Positions 1-12,800 of a DNA stretch of 64,000 nt are shown one piece after another (the first letter of the stretch is position 1; each line of letters opens with the position of its first letter). A program made the translations under genes and the position numbers. This DNA is from Leucoraja erinacea (lineage: Eukaryota): the NCBI RefSeq assembly GCF_028641065.1, contig NC_073400.1, positions 29,574,001 to 29,638,000 on the forward strand, given 5' to 3'. The notes below the pieces were generated by a model. The model did no database searches, had not been told where the DNA came from, and worked only from the letters and a program-made list of their open reading frames with translations.

Positions 1-2700
1 CCAATTTGTAATTAAAATATTTTTTTCTGAAAACAAGTCCAGAGTCCATGTGAAATGTTCCCGTATGCAACATCCCTCCCCAGTAAATGAGCACATGACC
101 TACGAGCACCACAGTGCCAACTGGTAGAGTACGTCACTGCCTGAACTGCACATTTCTGGGTGAGATCCGAAAACAAGAAGATTCAACTGTCATGACCACA
201 GAAACCATCCCACAAAAAAGGGAATTTCTGTAGCAGAAGGAAGTTCGATTGGAAATTCTGGTCTTAGCAGCATTGCTACAGGACCTCTTCTCAACTCTAG
301 AGGTACTCTGTTCGAAATATGCAAAACTCTTACTGGGCAGAAGAGTGCAGGAGAAGGGATGAGGTTTTCCTTGTCTCAATTGTCCAGACGCAGTGAGGAG
401 GTGTAAGTTGGGCTGAAGGGCCTGTTTCTGCATTGTATTGCTCTATGACTACAATACAATCTAGCCTGGGAACAATTGTTTCTTAGATATTAAAGGACCT
501 ATGGAAATAGAACTAGCACTGGATATTGACATGATGGATAAGCTATGATTTCAATGCATAAATGACAAATGGGGACTGGCATATTTGTTCATTAATTTGT
601 TGACCCTACAATACATATTCATTTGTTATGAACACATTTCCAGTCAATGTACAAACACATCAAAGGCCAACATGCCATGGAATGAAACATTGAGTGTGAG
701 CTGCATCTGGCTGTGGTTTACGTGCTTCCTGTTTGAGCAAAACACAAAAAGGAAATGGACAGATGACATTTCAGGTCACGACCCTACTTCAGACTTTTCT
801 CAGAATATGACTGCAGCAGAAAGCCACAAACAAACAATGTTCATAGGTTCATAAGTTCGAAGTGCAGAATTAGGCCTTTCGGCCCATCAAGTCTACCATT
901 CAATCATGGCTGATGTATTTTCTCCTGTCTTCTCCCCATAACTCCTAACACCCCCTCTAATCAGGAATCTGTCAATCTCTGCCTAAAAAATATTAATTGA
1001 CTTGGCTTCCACAAATTCACCATCTTTTGACTGAAGAAATTTGGCCCATATCTCTGTAAACCTATCCTGTCCAGATTTCCTCAGGTTCCTATTAAATCTT
1101 TCCCCCTCACTATAAACCTATGTCCCCTGGCTCTCAAACTATGTCCCCTGGTTCTCAAGTATTCAGTAAGAACATGTAGAGTATAAGAATGTTAGCTCAG
1201 GGAGAGCACCTTGCCCTGGCAGGTCACTGGGTTTCAGGTAGAACGCAGTGGCACAGCGGTAAAGCTGCTGCCTTTCAGCGCCAGAGACCCAGGTTCGATG
1301 CTGACTTCGGGTGCTGTCTGTATGGAGTTTGTACGTTCTCCCTGTGTCCGCATGGGTTTTCACCGGGTGCTCCGGTTTCCTCCCACACTCCAAAGACGTA
1401 CAGGTTTGTAGGTTAATCTGCTCAGTAAATTGTATACGGGGTGAACACTGGTTGGCATGGTCTCAGTGGGCCGAAGAGCCTGTTTCCATGCTGTATCTAT
1501 AAAGTTTTCTTGCCAATTGCACACTCCAGAAATAGATGGATAACAGTTTTGTCCAGAGCACAGCTGCCTTGTGTAGCTCTGTGGTTGTGCAACACAATGC
1601 AACGCAAAAAGGATCTGACTTTGGAGCCCTTCCCACCAACACACAAGGAAGGATGTTCACAGTCGGCTTGCAAAATCATCGGGGAGGAAGTACCTTAGAC
1701 TTAACCCTGCGGTTTGCTTGCTAGTTTGCATGCATGCAGCTCCCACGCTGCTAACCAGAGTTCAATCCTTGTTCTTGCCTGCAAGGTAAGTTGAAGGATA
1801 TGTCAGACAATCACAGGTAGAGCCGCTACCTCACAGCATCCGAGTCCCGGGTTCGATCCTGACCTTGGGTGCTGTCTGTGTGGAGTTCGCACGTTCTCTG
1901 TGTACCATGTTCGTTTCCTCCGGGTGTGCGTATTTCCTCCCACATCCCAAAGACGTGTGGGTTTGTAGGTTAATTGGCCCTCTGCAAATTCACCCTCGTG
2001 GGTAGAGAGTGGATGCGAAAGTGGTCGGTGTGGACTTGGTTGTCCGTCGGGCCTTTTCCATGCTGTATCGCTCTATAAATGAGTTTACCACGTGCAGTTT
2101 AATGTGCATTGTGATATTTAGATGATCTTAAATTGTTGGTGGGAGGAAGATGATAATTTACACAAGAGACATCTGGAACAGCCAATACACTGGATGGAAA
2201 TGCATTTCGGTAACAGATGGGATGAGACAGTGTGATGAAAGACTAATACATGGGAGACTGTGTTGACTATGAGAAGGATCATTAGCGCAGGCCTTGAGCC
2301 CAGAGATAAATATAATCCAAACTTTATGTATAAGAAGGAACTGCAGATGCTGATTTTAATCAAAGATAGACACAAAATGCTGGAGTAACTCAGTGGGAGA
2401 AGCAGCATCTTTGGAGATTCCTCCCCTCTAGAGTTGCTGCCTATCCTGCTGAGTTACTCCAGCATTTTCTGCCTATCCAAGCTATATGTAGTCTGGTTTA
2501 CTGGCATTCCATACAGCTGTACCTGCAGTAATCATGCAATTAATTGCTGCGACATTAACAACACCAAGAGTGAATATATTTTGAATTTAGCTTTTATTTT
2601 GACATGTGCCTGTGATGCTGCTGTAAGTAAGATTTTCATTGTCCCTGTGCTTCGCTGTTCTTGTGCACATCACAATACATTTGGCTTGACTTGGCTGTTA

Positions 2701-3020
2701 GGGGTGGGACAGTGGAGCAGCGGTAGAGCTGCTGCCTCACAGCGCCAGAGACCTAGATTCAATCCCGACTATGGGTGCTGTCTGTGTAGAGTTTGTACAT
2801 TCTCCCTGCGACTGCATGGGTTTCCTCCGGGTGCTCCGGTTTCCTCCCACATCCCAAAGACGTACAGGTTTGTAGGTTGATTACCTTTGGTAAGAAAAAT
2901 TGTAAACTGTTTCTAGAGTGTAGAATGGTGCTAGTGTGCGGGGTGATCGCTGGTCGGTGCGGACTCAGTGGGCCAAAGGGCCTGTTTCCACAAGTATCTC
3001 CAAAAGTAAAAAATAAAAAA
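2701..3020 (+). mobile_element. tRNA-derived V-SINE (HE1-like); representative of dozens of copies in the window
   Basis: A/B-box-like head (gtggagcagcggtagag...gattcaatcc), conserved central ggtttcctcccacatcccaaagacgtacaggtt and a CR1-like tail. Confidence 0.8.
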
Positions 3021-3269
3021 ATAAAAGGCTGGACTACTTTCATCAGTCAATGAAAATTGGATTACTTTTATTTTACACTCCAAAGACGTACAGGTATGTA
3101 GGTAAATTGGCTTGGTAAAAGTAAAAAAAACTGTCCCTAGTGTGTGTAGGATAGTGTTAATGTGCAAGGATTGCTGATCGGCATGGACTCGGTGGGCTGA
3201 AGGGCCTGTTTACTAAACTAATCAGAACTAAATTTAACTGACTAAACAGAACTAAATCTAACTTTGATT

Positions 3270-3672
3270 AAACACCTCCGAACACCTCCGCTCGGTCCAC
3301 AAGAACCTACCTGACCTCCCGTGGCTCAGCACTTCAACTTCCCCTCCCATTCCCATTCCGACCTCTCTGTCCTGGGTCTCCTCCATTGCCAGAGTGAGCA
3401 ACACCGGAAATTGGGGGAACAGCACCTCATATTCCGCCTGGGGAGTCTGCATCCTGCGGGCATGAACATCGAATTTTCCCAATTTTGTCAGCCCTTGCTG
3501 TCTCCTCCCCATCCCCCAGCCCTCGGACTCCTCCTCCTCCTTTTTCCTTCCTTCTCCCCGCCACCCCCTATCAGTCTGAAGAAGGGTTACGGCCCGAAAC
3601 GTTGCCTATTTCCTTCGCTCCATAGATGCTGCTGGAGCCGCTGAGTTTCTCCACCATTTTTGTGTACCTTAA
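3270..3672 (+). mobile_element. Penelope-like element fragment (GIY-YIG C-terminus plus pLTR with hammerhead-like motif)
   Basis: EHLRSVHKNLPDLPVAQHFN...EQHLIFRLGSLHPAGMNIEF, followed by ctgaagaagggttacggcccgaaacgtt at 3576. Confidence 0.8.
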
Positions 3673-3724
3673 ATTTAACTGAGACAACTTCAAATTCTAA
3701 AGTTTCAGATTTTATCATCAGTCT

Positions 3725-3840
3725 CATTCTGGTTTCACAATCAGGTTTCCTGTTCCCTTCTTCCTCATTCTTAATACATGCCATATTTGTCAGACCGTTC
3801 AGTCTGAGGACTAAGAGCTGAGCAGCAGGTCAGTGCTAAC
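3725..3840 (+). promoter_or_regulatory. Putative proximal promoter/5'UTR of gene A, homologous to that of gene B
   Basis: Blocks tctggtttcacaatcaggtttcctgttcccttcttcctcatt and ggactaagagctga also occur upstream of the ATG at 19971. Confidence 0.55.
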
Positions 3841-3898
3841 ATGGTCTCCTTGGATAAAACTATGTGGATTCCAATGCTGCTCATTTATTCCCTGCCCG
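3841..3898 (+). CDS. Gene A exon 1: leader MVSLDKTMWIPMLLIYSLP
   Basis: ATG, hydrophobic core and phase-1 donor G|GTAAGT; homologous to the leader at 19971. Confidence 0.85.
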
Positions 3899-6800
3899 GT
3901 AAGTAACAGCTTGATTTGGACGGTCATGTGACCAGACTCTACGGGAAGTACGAGATAGTCACAACGTGCTGGAGTAACTCAGCGGGACAGGCTGAAGAAA
4001 AGTCTCGACCCGAAATGTCACCCATACCTTCTATCCAGAGATGCTGCCTGTCCCTCTGAGTTACTCCAGCATTTTGTGTCTATCTTCGGTGTAAACCAGC
4101 ATCTGCAGTTCCTTCCTTTACATATGCTGGAAATACTTAGCAGGTGTGCCGAGAAAAAGAGTTACCCTTTCAGATCAGAGATCCTTCGACCTAAAACCTA
4201 ACTCTATCTCTCCCCACAGATGCGCCCTGACCACCTGATTATTTTTTTGTTTTTGTGTTAGATTTTGTTAACCTCCGTAGTTTTATTTTGATATTCATTT
4301 TGGTGATCAGAATGTATCTGGGTCTTGTGCACCATTTCTGCAGTGGAGATAGTTAAATGCTTGCAGATGTAAAGATAACTGAACAATATTGGGGCGTGGA
4401 TCAAGAAAGAGGAACTCAGCGGGTCAGCCAGCATCTGTGTATGTGAAGAGGACCCTGTATCGGGACTGAGCAAGGGAGGCAGGAAAGGTTGAATCAGGAT
4501 CGGCAGGTGGGCTTGTGTGGGAGGAGAACACCAGAGGGTGTGAATTACCCAAAATTGGAAAATGTAATGTTTGTACCATTGAGTTTTGAACTATCAATCA
4601 ACATCTTGTGTTCTGCTTGTGTATTCTCTATCAAACACATCCTCTTCATCCAGTTCCATCTTCCTCAACCAGCCCCAACCCTCCCACCCATTAGTACATC
4701 TATATGTTGCCAAACATATCTGTCCCCTCTCAGTCCTGATGCAGGGTCTCGATCTGAAAGAACGACTTACACTTTTTTGCCTTCAAACCTCCATGACCCA
4801 CTGAGTCCTTCCAGTGTGCTGTTTGTTGTTCCAGATTCCAGCATCTGCAATTCTCTTTTGTCTCAATATTAGAGTGTGGTCTTCCAATCTCCTCCTGTCT
4901 CCATCACTGTGCCACACATAAATCATGGCCGCCAATGTATCCGACAGCACAAAGTGACAGTGAATGAAAAACAGAGACAATTACAAGTGACTGGGACAGT
5001 GGCACAGCGGTGCCTTACAGTACCAGAGATCTGGGTTCGATCCTGACTAAGGGGTCTGTCTATATGGAGTTAGTACCTTCTCCCTGTGACCGCATGGGTT
5101 TTTTCCCAGTCCTCTGGTTTCCTCCCACACCCCAAAGACACATGGGTTTGTAGGTTAATTGGACTCTATAAATAGGGAATATGGACTATGTAAATTGTCC
5201 CTAGTGTACAAGATACTAGGTCAGCACGGACAAGTTGGGCCGAAGGGCCAGTTTCCATGCTCCACCTTAAACTAAACTAAACTAAAGTAACAGTGTCAAA
5301 GTGCAAAGGGACCCTTTCTATTCATGAAACATTGTTTTATTGCTTGCTTGCACTCACTAACAGCAGCCAAGCAATAATGCCAAGACAATTGTCTCCATTT
5401 TACAACACTTCCTCTTATTTAAAGTTCAGATGTTGTTTGACGTCCAGTTCCTCTTGGGCTGTGGGTTGCTCTTGCAATGTAGCCATTTCCTTCTTGTTCT
5501 TGGACGTCAACTATGCATATTTGTCAAAGTCATCAGCATGCAATATTAATAATTTATTGTTACCAAGTAAATTCTTTTTTTCAATGTTATCACTGATGCT
5601 CAGATGCAGGTGAAGGCCAACATTGACTGTCTTCATTCACCAGATCATTTCCGGTAATCTAGTATCATTGCTATACTAGTTTAGTTTAGTTTAGTCCAAT
5701 GAAGTCCAATTATTGATTGTTCACGGGGGTAAATAGGAGGCCAGGACTGCGCTCTAGCTAGTGAGAGGATGGGTCAGTTGCCTGATGACAGTTGGGAAGA
5801 AAACTGTCTCTGAATCTAGAGCATTGGGTTCAAACTTCTGTCCCTCGTGCCTAATGGTAGACAGGTAAAGAAGGAGTGACTGGGATGAAACTGCTCCATG
5901 ATTATGCTGGTGGCCTTGCAAGGCAGCGTGAAGTGTAGGTGACTATTTCCTAGTTTATAGATGGGAAAGATGGCAAATAAGGTTTACCCTCCATAAAACA
6001 GGTCAACGATATACGTGCATTTGGGGGATAAGGTTGTTGTAGGGATCCACAAGCCTCAGTACTCATCAATAGACAATAGGTGCAGGAGTAGGCCATTCGG
6101 CCCTTTGAGCCAGCACTGCCATGTAAGATTATTGTAAGATTATTGTAAAATTATTTTAAGATTATTAAGGGTTTGGACACGCTAGAGGCAGGAAACATGT
6201 TTCCGATGTTGGGGGAGTCCAGAACCAGGAGCCACAGTTTAAGAATAAGGGGTAAGCCATTTAGAACGGAGATGATCAGCCATGATCACATTGAATGGCG
6301 TTGCTGGCTCGAAGGGCCAAATGCCCTACTCCTGCACCTATTGTCTATTGTCCATTGTTTATTGAATGTGATCATGCTTGATCATCCCCAATCAGTACCC
6401 CGTTCCTGCCTTCTCCCCATATCCCCTGACTACTATCTTTAAGAGCCCTATCTAGCTCTCTCTTGAAAGTTTCCAGAGAATGGGCAGAGAATTCCACATA
6501 CTCACAACTCTCTGTGTTTCATTGTCTCCGTTCTAAATGGCTTACCCCTTATTCTTAAACTGTGGCCCCTGGTTCTGGACTCCCCCAACATCGGGAACAT
6601 GTTTCCTGTCTCTAGCGTGTCCAAACCCTTAATAATCTTACATGTTTCAATAAGATTCCCTCTCATCCTAAGTTCCAGAGTATACAAGCTTAGCTGCTCC
6701 ATTCTCTCAGCATATGACAGTCCCGCCATCCCGGGAATTAACCTTGTAAACCTACGCTGCACTCCCTCAATAGCAAGAATCATCTATGTAGATAAATGTA

Positions 6801-9800
6801 GGGGGCGTGGTGAAGTCCTCTGCAGATGAGACAAAGGTCAGCTGGATGGTTGACAGGGAGGAGAAGGCTTTTGACCCCAGGGCGTATATAGATGGACAAA
6901 TCAGTAGGGCAGAAAAGTGGCAAAGCCAGTTTAATCCAGAGAAGTGAGAGGAATTACATTTGACAAAGAGGTCTAAATAAAGACATTAATATATGGATGT
7001 TGAGGGAGTGTGGAGGAACAGAAGGACCTTGGGGAATATTCTCACAGCTCATTAAATGCAATATGACAATTAGTTAGTTTTAGAGATACAGCCTTGAACA
7101 GGCCCTTCGGCCCACAATGTCCAAGCCGACCAACGATTACCCGTGCACCAGTTCTATCCTACACCCTTGGGGTAATTTACAGAAGCCAATTAACTTACAA
7201 ACCTACTCATGTTTGGATTGTGGGAGGAAACTAGAGCACCCAGAGGAAACCCATGCGGTCACAGGGAGAACGTACAAATTCTGTACAGGCAGCATCCATA
7301 GTCAGGATCAAACCCGGGTCCTTGGCGCTGTAAGGCAGCCACTCTTCTGCTGTGCTACTGTGCTGCCCAACTAGTGTAAACAGTTAGGACCAAAGAACTG
7401 CAGGTGCTGGTTTGTACCAAAGATAGAAACAAAGTGCTGGAGTAACTTAGAAGGGTGTCTGAAGAAAAGTCCCAATCCCGAAACATCACGCATTCTATTT
7501 CTCCAGACATGCTGCCTGACCCGCTGAGTTACTCCAGCACCTTGTGTCTATCTTTAGTGTGAAGAGGACTCGGTGGGCCAAAGGGCGTCTTTCCATGCTG
7601 TATTTTTCAATCAATTCAATCAATAGAAAAATATCTTATGATCATTAAATTCTCCAATTTTACGTTGCACACCCCCCTACCCTCTCTCACTTTCCTGTGC
7701 ACCATTTAATCCATGCCTCTTCCTCCCTTTCACCCTGTCCCCTACCAAATATACCCCTCCCTCTGTCTTTACATTTCGGTTCTCTTCCGTCCTTATCTGA
7801 CAACCTTTTGACCGCTTTTCACCTCCAGTTTTTGTCCACTCGTGAACCAGTCAAAATTCCCCCCTCATCTGTATCCACTTGTTGTGCTGCCTGTCCCGCT
7901 GAGTTACTCCAGCAATTTGTGTCTACCTTCCACCTGTCACTTGCCAGGCTTTATCCCATCTCCACCTCTCTTCCAGCTTTCCCCACCCTACTTTAATCAG
8001 TCTGAAGCAGGGTCCCAACCCGACACGTCACGTGTCCATTCCCTCCACAGATGCTGCCAGATCTGCTGAGTTACACGGGCACTTTGTGCTTGGCTCAAGG
8101 GTAAGTGAATGTCCACACACGGGTTGGACCATTCGGCCCATCGTTGATTAGGGGAAGAGTGGGTGGGACAGCAAACGCTGTGTTAAGTAGATTTGTCCTG
8201 TACATGTTCTGATGATTTTTCTTCTCAGTTTCAGGTGCTCTGTGGGCAAAGACACCTGTAAGAGGAGTTGTGGGAAAAAATATCACAATCGATTGTCACT
8301 ATGGAGCATGGTACCGTTCACACACAAAATACTGGTGTCATGGGTGGAGTCACTGGTGTTCAGTTGTAGTGAAAACAAATGGGCAACACAGACGGAGTGG
8401 AAGATGGTCAATCACAGATAACCAGACACAAGGAATATTTACTGTGACTGTGGAGGGTCTTCTCTCTAGCGATACAGGATGGTACAGCTGTGGAATTGAT
8501 ACATCTGGCTTGGATCCAATGTTTAACGTTCAGCTCCAAGTATCTGACGGTACGTTTTACATTTATACCAAGCCAATTAACCTGTAAACCTGTACGTCTT
8601 TGGAGTGTGGGGGGAAACCGAAGTTTTCAGAGAAAACTCACGCAGGTCAGGGGGAGAATGTACAAACTCCAGACAGACAGACAAGTACCCGTGGTCATGA
8701 TCGAACCCGGGTCCCTGGCGCTGTAAGGCAGTAATTCTACAGCTGCGCCACCGTGCCGCCCTTAATGATGCACCATAGGGATCAGTGCCGGGATCTTTGC
8801 TGTTTGGCCGAATTCTGTTCTTACCCCTCCTGGGAGTGTGCAGATGATGCCCCTGGATCTTGAATAATGATGAAACGGCAAACAGGGAAATGTCTTTTAT
8901 TGTGTTGGAAAGAACTGCAGATGCTGTTTTAATCGAACATAGACACACAATCTATAGAGCAGATAGATGCGTCACTGGGTGGCGCCGAGATGGCAGCCTC
9001 GCCAGCAGCCTGTGTGTTATTTCGACTTTTTTGTTATTTTCAGTCTGTCTAAAATGTATGTTTTAATGTTTCTCTCTGTTTTTTTTATGTGGGGGGGGTG
9101 AGGGGAGGGGGGGGGGGGGGTGGGGGGGGGAGGGGGGGGGGGGGGGGGGTACTTTCCGTTGCACCGCAAGAAGGGGGGGGGGCGAAACCGTTTTCAGTCA
9201 CTTACCGCAACAGAGATGTGATCTTTCCCCGTGTCACGTCTCCGTCCCCTCCCCGCGGACTAACAACTGGATGGATGCGGCCTTTCCTGGAGACCGGGCT
9301 GCATCTTCGCCGCAAGGGCGACGCGGACTTTAACATTGCGGAGCTGTGATCCTTTGCTGAGGATCGCTGTGGAAGCTCTCCGACCGCGGGGCTTGTGGAC
9401 TTTAATACCGTGAAGCCGCGGAGAGTTTCCGTTCCGCTCCGACGCCGGAGTCTCCATCATCCCGACGAGAGGGCTTGAACATCGGGCCGTCGGCAGTGGC
9501 AGTGCTGAGGGTTCAAGGCCCCGACCACCACGGGTAAACAAAGGAGGAAGATGACTGAACCTTGTTGCCTTCCATCACAGTGAGGAATGATGATTCCACT
9601 GTGGTGGATGTTTATGTTAAAACTATTGTGTATTGCGTTATGTTTTTAAACTTGTATGGCTGTATGATAACTCAAATACCACTGTACCTTAATTGGTGCA
9701 CGTGACAATATGTGAACTTGAACTTGAAATGTTGGAGTAACTCAGCGGGACAGGCAGCGTCTCTGGAGGGAAGGAATGGGTGACGTTTCGGCCCGAGACC

Positions 9801-12800
9801 CATCCTCAGACCCGAAACTTCACCCATTCCTTCTCTCCAGAGATGCTGCCTGTCCCGCTGAGTTACTCCAGCATATTTTGTCTATCTTTAATTGTCTTTT
9901 ATTTCCTTTTCTCAACAGAACCTGAACCTAATCCTGGATCGTCAACAACAACAGTAGCACTTACTTCAACTACAAAAGTAACATCCGAAAACAATGATCA
10001 TGCGCCCAGTTCCTCTGACAGGTATAATTTTCACTTGCTTAAGTTTTGATTGGCCTTGCTTTTCAATATGAGAGGTGGAGACACAAGGAACTGTTGATCC
10101 ATACATAGATACATAGATGGATAGACAATAGTGCAGGAGAAGTCCATTCTGCCCTTCGAGCCAGCACCGCCATTCAATGTGATCATGGTTGATCATCCAC
10201 AATCAGTACCCTGTTCCTGCCTTGTCCCCATATCCCTTGATTCCGCTAGCCCTAAGAACTATGTCTAATTATCTTTTGAATGTATCCAGTGAATCATCCT
10301 GCACTGCCTTACGAGGTAAAGAATTCCCCAGATTCACAACTCCCTGGGTGAAAAGTTTTCCTCAACTCAGTTCTAAATGGCCTACCCCTTATTCTTAAAC
10401 TGTGGCCCCTGGTTCTGGACTTCCACAACATCGAGAACATGTTTCCTGCATCTCGCGTGTCCAATCCCTTAATGATTTTATATGTGTCTATAAGATACCC
10501 TCTCATCCTTCTAAATTCCAGTGAATACAAGCCCAGACGCTCCATTCTTTCATCATATGACAGTCCCGCCATCCCGGGAATTAACCTGGCTGGATGCTGG
10601 AACCTTGAGTAGAACACAAAGTACTGGAGTAACTCTAGGTTGTCGAGGGTGGCATGGTGGTGCAGCGGTAGAGTTGCTGCCTTACAATGCCAGAGAGGCA
10701 TAATCAAGGACCACTCACCCCGGTCACTCCCTCTTCTCCCCTCTGGCAAGATGTATGGAGGTTTGAAAATTCACACCTGCAGAGTCAGGGACATTTTCTT
10801 CCCAGCAGTTACCAGGCAACTGAACCATCCCCTCACCAGCTAGAGAGCGACCCTGACCTCCCATCTACCTCATTGGAGACCTTCCAACTATCTTTAATCA
10901 GACTTTATTGGACTTTATCTTACACTAAACATTCAACCCTTTAATCACAAATCTATATGCTGTGACAGCTTGATTGTAATCGTGTCTAGTCTTTTCGCTG
11001 ACTGGATAACACACAACCAAAAGCTTTTCACTGAACCTCGATACACGTGACAATAATAAGCTAAACTAAATTAACGAAACAACAGTTAAACTTGGCAGGA
11101 CATTGACACCCACCACTAGCCACATCTCCCCATCTCCACCCCTTTCTGCTTTCTGCAGAGACCGTTCCCTCCACATCTCCCTGGTTAACTCATCCCTTCC
11201 CACCCAAACTTCCCCGTCCCCAAGTACTTTCACCTGCAACTGCAGGAGATGCAACACCTGTCCCTATACCTCCCCCCTCGAATGCATCCAAGGACCCTGA
11301 CAGTCTTTTCAGGTGAGGTAGAGGTTCACTTGCAGCTCCTCCAACCTCATCTACAGTTGCAGGTGTGGACTCCTATATATCGGCAAGAATACGCACAGGC
11401 TTGGCGATCGTTTCACTGATCTCCTTCGCTCAGTCCGCTTAAACCTACCTGACCGTCCGGTGGTGAACACTTTAACTCCCCCTCCCATTCCCACGCTTAC
11501 ATTTCTGTCCTGGGCCTCCTCCTTTATCAGCGAAAATTAGGGGTAACAGCACCTCGTATTGGGCAGCTTCCACCCCAGCTGTATGAATATTGACTTCTCC
11601 AACTACAAGTAACCCTTGCTTTCCCTGACTCCATCCCATTCCCTTTCCAGTACTCCGACCAGTCTGACTCTGCCCAATTATATTTTATCTTTGTTTATTT
11701 TGTTGTTACCGTCTCCCAGCTAACAATGATCTATTCTACATTTTCCTTGATCTCCACCCCCTTTGTTTCATTTTCACACCTTACACTTCCTTATCTCTGT
11801 ATCTCCTTCTCCCCTGAAGGAGGGTCTCAATCCCAAATGTCATCCATTCCTTCTCTCCAGAGATGCTGCCTCTCCCGCCGAGTTACTCCAGCATTTTGTG
11901 TCTATCTTCTTCAGTTTTATACCAGCATCTGCAGTTCCTTCCTACACTTATTGACTGTCCACTGGTTTTGAACAAGGGGTGTTTCCTTTGTAAATCTGTA
12001 AGCTGTGAGCATTTGTAAACCAATCAGCAGATATATCGACCACGGACAATGCCACTGGCCAGATCTCACACACAATTAGTTTAGTTTTACTTTAGTTTAG
12101 AGATACAGCATGGTAACAAATCCTTCGTTCCTCCGAGTCCACGCTGTCCGTCGATCACCCTTTTATATTAGATCTATGTGATCCCGCTTTTTCATCCACT
12201 CGCTACAAATTAAGGACAATTTACCAAGGCCAATTAACCCACAAACCCGCACGTCTTTGTGATGTGGGAGGAAACCGGAGCACCCGGAGGAAACCCACTT
12301 CATCACAGGGAGAATATGCAAACTCCTTACAGACAGCACCTGTAGTCTGGATTGAACCTGGGTCTCTGGCTCTGTAAGGCATCAACTCCATGCTGCGCTA
12401 CTGTTGGGTTGAGTTGGGTTTATTCTTTATCCAACATCACAATCATTGGTCGTTATCGCACTGCTGTTTGTGGAACTTGCTGTGGGCAGATTGGCTTTGG
12501 TGTTTACCACATTACAGCAATGTGTGCACTCCATTGACTGGGCTTGACTTATCCTGAGCTCATGAAAGATACCCTGCAGATGTTAGACTTTTGTTCTTTA
12601 CCAAAGGATAGGAATCAATGATGAAACAAGAGTAACCTTTTTGCTTTCTCTGTCCCATAGACCCATAATTTGGCTCGGTATTGCTGGAGTTCTTCTCGTG
12701 GTGATATTTGCTGGTCTACTTTGGTGCCTAATGTGTAGACAAAGGAGTGAGTTTCTATGTTTCCTTCATCCTTTCATGATGTATGTGATCATTTCCTGCA

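Noticed and set aside
134-433. ORFs in the first 450 bp
   Set aside because: No recognisable domain and no convincing splice context.
2701-2770. tRNA genes
   Set aside because: The tRNA-like A/B-box heads belong to SINEs and run into SINE core and tail sequence; no full cloverleaf is evident.
1163-3167. Clusters of overlapping 60-150 aa ORFs (and similar ones across the window)
   Set aside because: Recurring peptides such as GFPPGAPVSSHTPKTYRFVG and LSYSSILCL are translations of SINE and pLTR repeats.
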